A stretch of 64,000 bases of DNA, from contig DASXHH010000019.1 of NCBI GenBank assembly GCA_036488585.1, positions 5,030-69,029 of the forward strand. Direction: 5' to 3'. The DNA comes from Candidatus Saccharimonadia bacterium (GTDB taxonomy: Bacteria > Patescibacteriota > Saccharimonadia > UBA4664). Numbering within the stretch: position 1 is the first letter of the stretch; the number at the start of each line of letters is the position of its first letter. This document shows positions 1-9,129 of this stretch, piece by piece. The notes below the pieces were generated by a model. That model saw only the letters and a program-made list of their open reading frames with translations, did not search any database and was not told the origin of the DNA. A program made the position numbers and the translations under genes.

Positions 1-1
1 C

Positions 2-910
2 GCGCTGCAAGCCCAGATAAACTACAACCAGGCCAAGTACAGCCAGGTCACCGACAGCATCGCGCAAAACCAGGCACAACTCGATCAGCAGAAGACCGTG
101 CTGGCAGCCACCATCAAGTCGCTTTATCTCGACTCTACTGTGACCCCGCTCGAAATGTTAGCCTCGTCCAACAACTTCTCAGACTTCCTCGACGAGCAGC
201 AATACCAAGACAAGGTTAAGCAGAAAATTCAAGACGCCATGACCCAAATCGAGGCTCTGCAACGGACTCTCGAGAGTCAGCAAACCCAGCTCACCAATAT
301 TTTGGCTGACCAGCATTCGCAGCACCAGCAGCTTTCCGACACTCAAAACCAGATGAACCAACTACTAGCCGTGGCCGAAACCAACGCCGCCGCCGCCGAC
401 CAACAGGTGAAGGACTCCAACGCCAAGATCGCCAACCTGCGTGCCCAACAAGCCGCGGCCATTGCTGCCGCCTCCCGCCACGTCAATTTCGTCGGTCGTT
501 CAGGCGGCGCGGGTGGCGCCTGCGACATCGGCCAGGGCAACGGCGGCTACCCGTCGGCCTGGTGCAACGCCTCACAGGACAGCATGGTTGACTCTTGGGG
601 CATGTATACCCGCGAATGCGTCTCGTACGCTGCCTGGGCCGCCACCGATCGTGGGCACAACGTGCCCTACGGCCTCGGCAACGCCAACCAGTGGCCATCC
701 GGCGCCCGCGCCCGAGGCATCGCCGTCGATGGCAACCCCGAAGTCGGTAACGTCGCTATCTGGATGGGTGGCTACTACGGCCACGCCATGATCGTCGAAA
801 AGGTAGTCGGCTCAGACGTCATCGTCTCGAGCATGAATGCCGACGACGCCGGACATTTCCGCTACGACGAATGGTCCATATCCTCACTCGAGTTCATCCA
901 CTTCCGCTAA
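2..910 (+). CDS. Coiled-coil + CHAP-domain peptidoglycan hydrolase (PcsB/CwlO-like), 5'-partial
   Basis: Frame is open from nt 2. Q/A-rich coiled coil followed by CHAP motifs RECVSYA, GNANQW, YGHAMIVE. Confidence 0.88.
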   Translation, partial: ALQAQINYNQAKYSQVTDSIAQNQAQLDQQKTVLAATIKSLYLDSTVTPLEMLASSNNFSDFLDEQQYQDKVKQKIQDAMTQIEALQRTLESQQTQLTNILADQHSQHQQLSDTQNQMNQLLAVAETNAAAADQQVKDSNAKIANLRAQQAAAIAAASRHVNFVGRSGGAGGACDIGQGNGGYPSAWCNASQDSMVDSWGMYTRECVSYAAWAATDRGHNVPYGLGNANQWPSGARARGIAVDGNPEVGNVAIWMGGYYGHAMIVEKVVGSDVIVSSMNADDAGHFRYDEWSISSLEFIHFR

Positions 911-937
911 CAAACCCATAACAGAAAGGTCCTCGGC

Positions 938-2110
938 TTGAAAAAGTTAGAGCTCAGCCCTCTCGTCCTCATCCCCTCAGTACTGGTCATAGCTCTAGTC
1001 TCGTTCTACGCCGGAGACGCCCTCAGCGGCACGGTGCCGATGCCGTTCCTCAAGCTCACGCACAACATCGATTTCTCCAGCCTCAACTCGGTTTACAGCT
1101 TAATGCAGCGCGATTTCGACGGCAAACTATCCGACCAGCAAGCGCTCGACGGCGCCAAAGCCGGACTAGTAGCGGCCGGCGGCGACCCCTACACGGTGTA
1201 CTTTACCGCCAAAGAGGCCAAGGACTTCTCCGACGAACTCAATGGCAAATTATCCGGGATCGGGGCTGAAATCGGTGAGAAGAACGGCCTCATCACGGTC
1301 ATCGCGCCCATCGACGACACTCCAGCTTCCAAAGCTGGCTTGCGCGCCGGTGATGTTATCGCCCGCATTAATAACGAAGACACCACCAGTATGAGTGTCG
1401 ACGAAGCCGTCTCCAAAATCCGGGGCAACGCTGGCACCAAAGTCACGCTCAAAATTGCGCGCAAAGACGCATCCCAGCCAATTGACCTCACCATTACCCG
1501 CGCCGATATCCATGTACCAAGCGTGAAATGGAGCCTCAAGAACGGCAACATCGCCTACATCAACGTCATGCAATTTAGCACTGACACAGCCGACCTCGTG
1601 AACAAGGCCGCCGGCGACCTCAAAAACCAAGGCGCAACCAAGGTTGTCCTCGACCTACGTAACGATGGCGGCGGCTACCTGGACGCCGGCGTCTCAGTCG
1701 CCAGCCAGTTCCTCGACACCGGAAAGGTAGTGGTAAGCGAACGCACCGATGGCAAAACCGTCGACACTCTCACTGCCAAAGACGGCGGCCTCCTACGAGG
1801 AATGCCCACGGTGGTACTCATTAATGGCGGCTCGGCCAGTGCCTCCGAAATCGTGGCCGGCGCCCTCCACGACAACGGAGTGGCCAAGCTTGAGGGCGAA
1901 CAGAGCTTCGGTAAAGGCAGTGTCCAGGAAATCAAGAACCTGCCCGACGGTGGCGAGCTCAAAGTCACTGTAGCCCACTGGTACACTCCTGGCGGCGTCA
2001 ACATAAACAAGCAAGGCCTCACCCCAGACGTCAAAGTTAGCCTCACCACCGACGACTTCACTGCCGGTCGCGACCCGCAGCTCGACCAGGCCCTCCAAAT
2101 GTTAAAATAG
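938..2110 (+). CDS. ctpA: S41 family C-terminal processing peptidase (PDZ)
   Basis: N-terminal TM, GIGA PDZ, DLRNDGGG, SASASEIVAGAL, GKGSVQ motifs. Confidence 0.93.
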   Translation: MKKLELSPLVLIPSVLVIALVSFYAGDALSGTVPMPFLKLTHNIDFSSLNSVYSLMQRDFDGKLSDQQALDGAKAGLVAAGGDPYTVYFTAKEAKDFSDELNGKLSGIGAEIGEKNGLITVIAPIDDTPASKAGLRAGDVIARINNEDTTSMSVDEAVSKIRGNAGTKVTLKIARKDASQPIDLTITRADIHVPSVKWSLKNGNIAYINVMQFSTDTADLVNKAAGDLKNQGATKVVLDLRNDGGGYLDAGVSVASQFLDTGKVVVSERTDGKTVDTLTAKDGGLLRGMPTVVLINGGSASASEIVAGALHDNGVAKLEGEQSFGKGSVQEIKNLPDGGELKVTVAHWYTPGGVNINKQGLTPDVKVSLTTDDFTAGRDPQLDQALQMLK

Positions 2111-2119
2111 CTCGTAACC

Positions 2120-2806
2120 ATGAATAATCTGCTGGCCATTCTGGACTTAGATCACTGCATTTTCCAGTCCGAAGCATTTTGGCTTAATGTTACCGAGCTA
2201 CTCGAACGACATTACGGCGTGACGGGCATCACGGCTGCCAAATTCCGCACCGAACGTCTAGACCGCCGACCAGGCGGTCCCGGGCGTGTCGCCGGCGGTG
2301 AAGGCTATGATTTCTTTGCTCATCTGTCTCAGCATGGCGTCGACTCCGCCGCAGCCGAGCACCAGATCATCCAAAGCCTCCGGGGCAACCGGTGGCTGTA
2401 CCCAGGCTCAGTCAAGCTCATCAGCTACCTTCGCGATCATGGTTACACCATCGTCATCGAGACCACCGGCGCCGACCGCTTCCAGCAGCTTAAAGTTGCC
2501 TGCGCCGCCAATCTCCCCTCTGACATCCCAGTTCGCGCTTTCCCGGATAATAAGGGCGACCTGCTGCGGCGTGAGTGGGAATCCGCGGGGGGCATCGTTC
2601 ACCACGGCACTTCCTACGCTCACGTGCTCGTCATCGACAACTCAGCCACCACCTTCGCCGCCCTTGGCCAGCATCCCGGGCTCACTGCCGTCCAGATTGT
2701 CGGCCGCGAAAAGAGCCCCGAACCCAGCCCGCTCCCATGGGTGCACAAAGTTACCACACTCTCAGAAATCCCGCCCCTAATACCTATAACCAAGCCTAAA
2801 TCTTAA
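2120..2806 (+). CDS. HAD-superfamily hydrolase-like protein
   Basis: N-terminal LDLDHCI (DxD motif I), LYPG, FQQLKV, VIDNS motif-IV-like. Confidence 0.65.
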   Translation: MNNLLAILDLDHCIFQSEAFWLNVTELLERHYGVTGITAAKFRTERLDRRPGGPGRVAGGEGYDFFAHLSQHGVDSAAAEHQIIQSLRGNRWLYPGSVKLISYLRDHGYTIVIETTGADRFQQLKVACAANLPSDIPVRAFPDNKGDLLRREWESAGGIVHHGTSYAHVLVIDNSATTFAALGQHPGLTAVQIVGREKSPEPSPLPWVHKVTTLSEIPPLIPITKPKS

Positions 2807-2908
2807 ACCACAACCAATTTTCAATCTTGCCCCCAGGCTTCCATGCGGTTATGATACTCAGCAAGTAGTGTTGTGAGGCACAGAGCGTGCCGTTTTGAAA
2901 GGAGAGGC

Positions 2909-4579
2909 GTGGCAGGGGAAGCAGGCCAAACCAAGTACATATTTGTAACGGGCGGAGTTATTTCAGGACTCGGAAAAGGCATCACCGCGGCGTCTTTAGG
3001 GACCATCCTTAAAGCCCGCGGTTTTTCGGTAAACATTCAGAAGTGCGATCCGTACCTCAATACCGACGCCGGCACCATGAACCCAGCTGAGCACGGCGAG
3101 GTATTTGTCACTAAGGATGGGGCCGAAACCGATCTCGACCTCGGTCATTACGAGCGCTTCCTGGACGAAGAGCTCACCCAGAGCAGCTCGCTCATGAACG
3201 GGCGCATCTACGCCAATGTCATCGCAGGCGAACGCGCCGGCAACTACCTCGGCAAAACGGTCCAAATTGTTCCGCACGTCACGGGCGAAATCGTGGCCCA
3301 GATCGAAAAAGCCGGCGAGGGCTTCGACTTCCACCTAGTAGAGATCGGCGGAACAGTCGGTGATATCGAATCCTTGGCTTTCTTGGAGGCCATTCGCCAA
3401 TTTCGCCGCAAGGTAGGTCGGAATAATGTTATGTACCTACACGTCGTATACTTGCCATTCCTGGAAGCTAGCCGCGAGCTCAAGACCAAACCAGCCCAAA
3501 ATGCCGTCCGCGATCTGCGAGAAGCCGGCATTCGCGCCGACATGATAGTAGCTCGAGCCGAGCGCCCGCTCAGCGTCAGCGTGCTTCATAAACTCAGCCT
3601 ATTCTGCGACGTGGACGAAGGTGGAATCGTACCCATGCCGACGGCCAAGTCTGTATACGAGGTCCCACTATTGCTAGAAGAACTGGGTACCGGCGAGTAC
3701 ATCACCAAGCACTTCGGCCTGCAGGCGCGCAAAGCCAAGCTGACCGACTGGCGCCGCCTGGTTGACCTCATCAAACACCCCGATCACACCACGCTCAAGA
3801 TTGGCGTGGTCGCCAAATACATGGATAACGAAGACACCTATCTCAGCGTCTTTGAAGCTATCAAGGCTGCCGGCTGGGCCAACCGCATCCGGCCCGAAAT
3901 CTGCTGGATCGAAGCCGAGGCCCTAGAAAACGGCGACACCAGCCTGCTCGAAGGTTACGATGGCCTCGTCGTACCAGGCGGCTTTGGTAGCCGCGGTGTC
4001 GAAGGCAAAATCGTGGCCGGAGGTTTCGCCATGGACAGCCAGGTGCCGTATCTAGGTCTCTGCCTCGGCATGCAAACCGCCGTAATCGCGCTCGCTCGCC
4101 GCACCGGCCTGCGAGATGCCCACACCACCGAAGTTAATCCCAAAACGCCCCATGCTGTCATCGACATCATGGCCGACCAAAAGGACGTCACCGACAAGGG
4201 TGGTACCATGCGCCTCGGCGACTACCCCTGCGCGCTCGATCCTGAGTCGCTCAGCGCTGCAGCCTACGGCGAAAAGACCATCCTGGAACGCCATCGCCAC
4301 CGTTTCGAGTTCAACAACCAGTACCGTGAGCAACTCACCAAAGCCGGCCTGCGATTAGCTGGGCTCTCGCCCGACCGCCGCCTAGTTGAGATAATCGAAA
4401 TCAAGGACCACCCATTCTTCGTGGCCAGCCAATTCCACCCCGAGTTCAAATCCAGGCCCAACCAGCCGCATCCGCTATTCAACGCCTTCATTCAGGCAGC
4501 AGCCAAGGAACGCGACCGCAAGCAAAAAACCGGGTCGGCTTCCCCCGCGGCCAAATCAGCCGCCCGAGCCTCCAACTAA
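2909..4579 (+). CDS. pyrG: CTP synthase
   Basis: KYIFVTGGVISGLGKG, GLCLGMQ, QFHPEF. GTG start at 2909 chosen behind GGAGAGG SD. Confidence 0.98.
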   Translation: MAGEAGQTKYIFVTGGVISGLGKGITAASLGTILKARGFSVNIQKCDPYLNTDAGTMNPAEHGEVFVTKDGAETDLDLGHYERFLDEELTQSSSLMNGRIYANVIAGERAGNYLGKTVQIVPHVTGEIVAQIEKAGEGFDFHLVEIGGTVGDIESLAFLEAIRQFRRKVGRNNVMYLHVVYLPFLEASRELKTKPAQNAVRDLREAGIRADMIVARAERPLSVSVLHKLSLFCDVDEGGIVPMPTAKSVYEVPLLLEELGTGEYITKHFGLQARKAKLTDWRRLVDLIKHPDHTTLKIGVVAKYMDNEDTYLSVFEAIKAAGWANRIRPEICWIEAEALENGDTSLLEGYDGLVVPGGFGSRGVEGKIVAGGFAMDSQVPYLGLCLGMQTAVIALARRTGLRDAHTTEVNPKTPHAVIDIMADQKDVTDKGGTMRLGDYPCALDPESLSAAAYGEKTILERHRHRFEFNNQYREQLTKAGLRLAGLSPDRRLVEIIEIKDHPFFVASQFHPEFKSRPNQPHPLFNAFIQAAAKERDRKQKTGSASPAAKSAARASN

Positions 4580-4614
4580 GCTTGTTCTAAGCAAAAGTAG
4601 TATATAGTTAAAAC

Positions 4615-5010
4615 ATGAGCAAGAAAGTCCGCATCCTGCTAGTAGAAGACGACCTAGCTCTCGCTACCGCCTATCGAGTCCGCATGGAGGCCGAGGGTTT
4701 CGATGTCCGTCATTGCCCCAACGGCGAAGAGGCCCTGCAGGAAGCCCTCGAATATCACCCCGACCTAATTTTGCTCGACATCATGATGCCCCGCATCTCG
4801 GGCTTCGATGTCCTCGATATTTTGCGCAACACCAAACAAACCCGCCATACCAAGATCATCATCCTCACCGCGTTATCCCAACCATCCGACCGCCAACGCG
4901 CCAAGGATCTTGGCGCCGACGAGTTTCTGGTGAAATCCCAAGCCGTCATTGCCGATGTCATGAAGCGTATTCGCTTCCATCTCGGTCTGTCAGAGCCAGA
5001 AGCTGCTTAG
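4615..5010 (+). CDS. Single-domain response regulator (CheY-like receiver)
   Basis: ILLVEDD, LLDIMMP, ILTA, FLVK; no output domain. Confidence 0.92.
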   Translation: MSKKVRILLVEDDLALATAYRVRMEAEGFDVRHCPNGEEALQEALEYHPDLILLDIMMPRISGFDVLDILRNTKQTRHTKIIILTALSQPSDRQRAKDLGADEFLVKSQAVIADVMKRIRFHLGLSEPEAA

Positions 5011-5589
5011 CTAATCAGGTAGACCCAGTCGGCCCTTAAGCTTGCGCACAAACCGGTGCATCTCCGGATCGAGCATGTCGATATCCGTCGCCAGCACACT
5101 ATCAAAACTCTGCCACCTGTGCCCCCGAAATTCACGCGGATCCGGATCGAGCCACATCCGCTCGTCACCCGCCACCACATACCATAGACTCACGTCCGTG
5201 TGCCGGCCAGCACCGCGAGTTTGCGTCGCCGTAATAAACAGCGGCATCATCGCTACACTTGCCACCATTGCTGCCTTCGGCCCCAACTCTTCGGCCATTT
5301 CTCGCAGAACTGTCCCACGCGGATCTTCGCCCGGCTCAACGTGCCCGCCGATCGGCAACCACAATCCAGCCTTCAAATGGTTCACCAATAGGAGCGACCG
5401 GCGCGAGTGATCAACCAATACAAAGTACGACACCAAGTGCTCCGGGGGCACATCCGGCTTACTCGTCCTATAAAGCTCCCGACCCTCGTCCAGCCACCCC
5501 AGTACCTGCCGCACCACTGCGCCTTCTTGTTCGTCAAATGGCTCAATCCGCTCAACGACATCTCGTATTAGTGTTCGGCTTTTGTTCAT
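5011..5589 (-). CDS. NUDIX hydrolase
   Basis: Nudix box GGHVEPGEDPRGTVLREMAEELG. Confidence 0.92.
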   Translation of the reverse strand: MNKSRTLIRDVVERIEPFDEQEGAVVRQVLGWLDEGRELYRTSKPDVPPEHLVSYFVLVDHSRRSLLLVNHLKAGLWLPIGGHVEPGEDPRGTVLREMAEELGPKAAMVASVAMMPLFITATQTRGAGRHTDVSLWYVVAGDERMWLDPDPREFRGHRWQSFDSVLATDIDMLDPEMHRFVRKLKGRLGLPD

Positions 5590-5636
5590 AAACTCAGCAT
5601 ACCAAAGCGCAAGAACATTGCAATACGTAAAACGAA

Positions 5637-5659
5637 AACGCCTCCTAGTAAGAGGCGTT
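5637..5659 (-). terminator. Intrinsic terminator after rpmA
   Basis: AACGCCTC/GAGGCGTT stem followed by T-rich run on the minus strand. Confidence 0.7.
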
Positions 5660-5696
5660 CCATAACCGATGGAAGGTTATTTCCCTTCAGAGGGAA

Positions 5697-5978
5697 CTAT
5701 TTGTCGTTAACCACCGACACGAAGGTCCGGCGCACCTTGGTGCCGGTAAATTTCTGTACCTTCTTGGTCGAGAACTTCACAATTCCGTCGCGCATAGCAA
5801 ACAGCGTGTGGTCGATACCCACGCCCACACCCTCGCCGGCCTCCATGCGGGTACCGCGCTGGCGCACCAGCACACCACCCGAGCGCACAAACTGGCCGCC
5901 AAACAGTTTTACGCCCAGTCGTTGGGCCGCTGAGTCGTGTAGGTTTTTGGCTGTACCGCCACCTTTTACGTGAGACAT
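5697..5978 (-). CDS. rpmA: 50S ribosomal protein L27
   Basis: [24 protein letters not shown] motifs. Confidence 0.96.
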   Translation of the reverse strand: MSHVKGGGTAKNLHDSAAQRLGVKLFGGQFVRSGGVLVRQRGTRMEAGEGVGVGIDHTLFAMRDGIVKFSTKKVQKFTGTKVRRTFVSVVNDK

Positions 5979-5979
5979 C

Positions 5980-7113
5980 TTATTTCTTCCTTAGTAACAA
6001 CAACTGCCGCCCGACTACTTGATCTTCCCGGGCATAGAGCAGGGGAATGTGGGCGTGCTGAAAACGTTTCAAAGTGTATCCTAAAGCTGGCAATTCGTCA
6101 ACCAACCCCAGATACTCCCAGTGTTTGCCGACCCGCCAGGCCGGCACGCAAATGCTTACCTCACCGCCACTCGGCAACTGTCGAGCAAAATTAGCCAGCG
6201 CACTTCGGTACAAATCCAATAACTCAGGCCGGATCTTGGCCAGATCAGCCGGAGCAGGGGAGTGAATAAGATTTGGCCCCAGATACCCCTCGCTCACCAC
6301 TGCACAACCTTCCGGCAACTCCACCTGGCGCGCATCGGCAAGCTCGACACTCCAGTCTGGCAACGGCCGACCGGCTTGTTCTATAAGCCACGGCAAATTC
6401 GCTTGCGCCGCCACCACCATCTCCGTCGCCAAATCCGAGCCCACAGCCCGCCGGTTCATTAGTAGCGCCTCCTGTAAAACCACCCCGGTGCCACAAAATG
6501 GATCGGCCACCACCGATGCGCTCGTTGTATTCACCAGCATCTGTGCCAACTTCGGCGGCAGCATGCCCACCTTAGCGCTGCGAGCCGGCCGATCGTAGTC
6601 ACGCTTGGAATACCAATCAATATCCTGGACACCAACGGTGCGAGCCACCACCAGCTCCTGGCCATCCGTCACCGCCAGTAGTTCGAACCCGTCTTCCAGC
6701 ACGAGGTTGTGCGCCAATTCCGCCGCCGACACCGCCAATCCCCGAGCCGGCATCACCAATCTTACAGAGCCACGCTCTCGCAGTCGCTTTTTAAGCTCCA
6801 GTCCTGCAGCCTTCAACTCCCGTGGCTCCACTCGCAGACCATACGCGCTCAGCGCAAACGGCGTCTTGGAGCCACCCACCGGCAAAGCCCCGAGATCGAT
6901 CGGCAGCTCTCGCAAAGGCCGCGACTCACCTCGGTACAGCACTTCGGCCACCTTCACCGCGCCACCTATCAAGTTAATCTCCACCGGCTCCGCCAATAGT
7001 GCCGCCTGCCTCCCGAATGGCCGCACCTTCTCGGCAACTAGCAACGACTCCAGCTCCACCAACCCAAGCTCCGGTTGCCGACCTAATATTGCAATGTAAT
7101 TAAACGACGACAC
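5980..7113 (-). CDS. TRM11/UPF0020-like SAM-dependent RNA methyltransferase
   Basis: [29 protein letters not shown] start at 7113 preferred because the upstream part of the ORF call is AT-rich promoter sequence. Confidence 0.8.
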   Translation of the reverse strand: MSSFNYIAILGRQPELGLVELESLLVAEKVRPFGRQAALLAEPVEINLIGGAVKVAEVLYRGESRPLRELPIDLGALPVGGSKTPFALSAYGLRVEPRELKAAGLELKKRLRERGSVRLVMPARGLAVSAAELAHNLVLEDGFELLAVTDGQELVVARTVGVQDIDWYSKRDYDRPARSAKVGMLPPKLAQMLVNTTSASVVADPFCGTGVVLQEALLMNRRAVGSDLATEMVVAAQANLPWLIEQAGRPLPDWSVELADARQVELPEGCAVVSEGYLGPNLIHSPAPADLAKIRPELLDLYRSALANFARQLPSGGEVSICVPAWRVGKHWEYLGLVDELPALGYTLKRFQHAHIPLLYAREDQVVGRQLLLLRKK

Positions 7114-7190
7114 AATTAAGTAATTATAGCAAGTACCTTGATGGATTTCTAGCATATTTAAAAATAATAATCTCTTTAAGTGCTTTGGAA

Positions 7191-7220
7191 TTGACGGATA
7201 AACCATATTCTCTTTAAGAT
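7191..7220 (+). promoter_or_regulatory. Sigma70-type promoter driving the 7.2-8.1 kb region
   Basis: TTGACG (7191-7196), 18-nt spacer, TAAGAT (7215-7220) in an AT-rich divergent spacer. Confidence 0.65.
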
Positions 7221-7226
7221 ACAAGC

Positions 7227-8080
7227 ATGAGGGGTATGACCAACAGGTTAATCGTCACCGTACGACCAACCCGTGTCACGCCTTTTAGCGATCAGTAAGC
7301 CGCCCGCCGGGTGGCTTCTTTGAAAGCACGAGAGAGGTATTCTCACGAATGAAGTTTGCCAACAGTAGATCCGGCAAAAAGCCCCAGCGCCGAGGCACGG
7401 AACGCCTCAACAGTAGCCCTCGCGGCGGGCGACAGCCAGCCCGCACCGGTGGTATGGCCGATCAGTTCTCGGCCGCTCACACGGGCTTCGCGCCCCACGT
7501 TTCCACCACAAGCCCCTCCCGGCCGCAACCTGGCTTTGCGGCTGCCATGGCCAGAGGACAGCGTGGAAGCGCCTCTGAGCCCGTAATTGGCCGGTCGAGA
7601 GTACTCGACGATGTCCTAAACACCGGGAAACTTAACCTGCGCGACGGGCACTGACGGCACCTGCTTCACAGGCTCCCGCCCGGTACACCCCGTGCGGGTT
7701 AACGAAAAAGTCGACCCACGAGGAGGAGTCATGAACATCAAGATGCCCATCACCACCGGCCGCCGGCCGGGGAGGTGATCAAGCCGTCTTCCGAGCATCT
7801 TAGCCGCGCTCGGTAAGCGACTAATCAAATCCGCGTCAGCGGCGTGAGCGGAAAACGATTAGCCGCACGCGGCAGACTTCTCGAGGGAAAGGACACTGCT
7901 TCAGGTGACGAGGCCGCATAGAGCGACCTCGTCACCAACCCCATTCAGGGAGTCATGTGTCGATCACACTGGCACCTGCCCGCCCGCATAGTGAGAGGGA
8001 TACCACTGTCCTCTCTGGTAAAAAATCAGCGCTCAAGGCGCTCACCGTCCAAGAGGGGCCGCCCCCTCCGGCGGCATTAG
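7227..8080 (+). ncRNA. Candidate large structured ncRNA (may contain sORFs)
   Basis: ~850 nt with no convincing long CDS in a gene-dense genome, about 20 hairpins by eye, and an upstream promoter; the downstream gene has its own -10. Confidence 0.55.
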
Positions 8081-8115
8081 CATAAGAGGTTTACATCTTA
8101 AGCTATAATGCAAAC

Positions 8116-9129
8116 ATGAAACTCCGACGTCTCCTGATACTGCTTGGAATTATTGGCATCGTCATTGTCATCGCCACTACTCTCGGGCATCCCACGAAAG
8201 TTCTGCATGCGTTTCGAAGTGTCCGCTGGTACGTTGTCCCCATGGTGCTCGCCATACAACTAGTGAGCTACTACTGCAACGCCCGATACTACGAGGCCTT
8301 CTTGCGAATTTCCGACCTCAAAGTGCCGCTGCGCCGTCTGTATGAGACTGCCCTAGGCATCAATTTTGCCAACCAAGCCCTCCCGTCCGGCGGTGTATCC
8401 GGTGCCACCTACCTGGCCGAAGCCCTACGCGACTACCACGTACCAGCCGGCAAGGCCGCCCTAGCGCAACTCGGCCGCTACGGCTTCACTTTCTTGTCAT
8501 TTTGGGCAGTTCTGAGCGCCGGCTTTGTCATGCTGTTTTTCACCGACGACCTCAACAAAGTCTCGGTGCGTCTAATCGTCTTTTTGATGTTCCTAATCCT
8601 GGGCACAGGCCTCACACTGCTACTGGTATTTGCCGAGCGCAAACGCCTCGAGGCCATCCTAAATCCGATAGTGCAAAGCATTAACACCTTCGGCCGCCGA
8701 GTATTACGCCGCCACCACGCCCTCATTCGGGACTTCCAACTCGGCGACTTTCTAGACGACTTCTACCGCGGCTACGCCGAGTTGCTCCATCAAAAACGCC
8801 ACTGGGGCCCCCTCGTCGGCTGGACCCTCGCCGGCAACCTCGCCGAAATCGCCACTGTTTACTCGGTGTTTTTGGGTTTCGGCCATCCAGTTAACCCCGG
8901 CATTGTCATCACCGGCTACGCTCTAGCTATTATCGTTAGCATCACCTCAATTTTCACCAATGGCATCGGTGTTTACGAAGCCGGTATGATCGGCACCTTC
9001 TCCGCTCTGGGCGTACCATTTGCGCTCTCGTTCGCAGTCACCCTTGTATACCGCATCCTCGATATGGGCATGTTCCTGCCCATCGGCTTCTTCTTCTATC
9101 GCCGCCATCTCAAAGAGAGAACCGCATGA
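8116..9129 (+). CDS. Lysylphosphatidylglycerol synthase TM / flippase-like membrane protein (UPF0104)
   Basis: Multi-TM; NQALPSGGVSG, GIGVYEAGM, LVYRIL motifs. Confidence 0.82.
   Translation: MKLRRLLILLGIIGIVIVIATTLGHPTKVLHAFRSVRWYVVPMVLAIQLVSYYCNARYYEAFLRISDLKVPLRRLYETALGINFANQALPSGGVSGATYLAEALRDYHVPAGKAALAQLGRYGFTFLSFWAVLSAGFVMLFFTDDLNKVSVRLIVFLMFLILGTGLTLLLVFAERKRLEAILNPIVQSINTFGRRVLRRHHALIRDFQLGDFLDDFYRGYAELLHQKRHWGPLVGWTLAGNLAEIATVYSVFLGFGHPVNPGIVITGYALAIIVSITSIFTNGIGVYEAGMIGTFSALGVPFALSFAVTLVYRILDMGMFLPIGFFFYRRHLKERTA

Noticed and set aside
7114-7224. N-terminal extension of the methyltransferase ORF (similar extensions on recO, rpmE and the M16 gene)
   Set aside because: These overlap AT-rich promoter sequence or upstream genes; downstream starts fit family lengths and -10/SD positions better.
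7227-8080. Identity as RNase P RNA, tmRNA, SRP RNA or group II intron
   Set aside because: By eye I found no GAGGAAAGUCC/P4 partner, no tRNA-like ends with T-arm and CCA, no SRP helix-8 motif and no domain V. A covariance search is still needed to exclude divergent forms.
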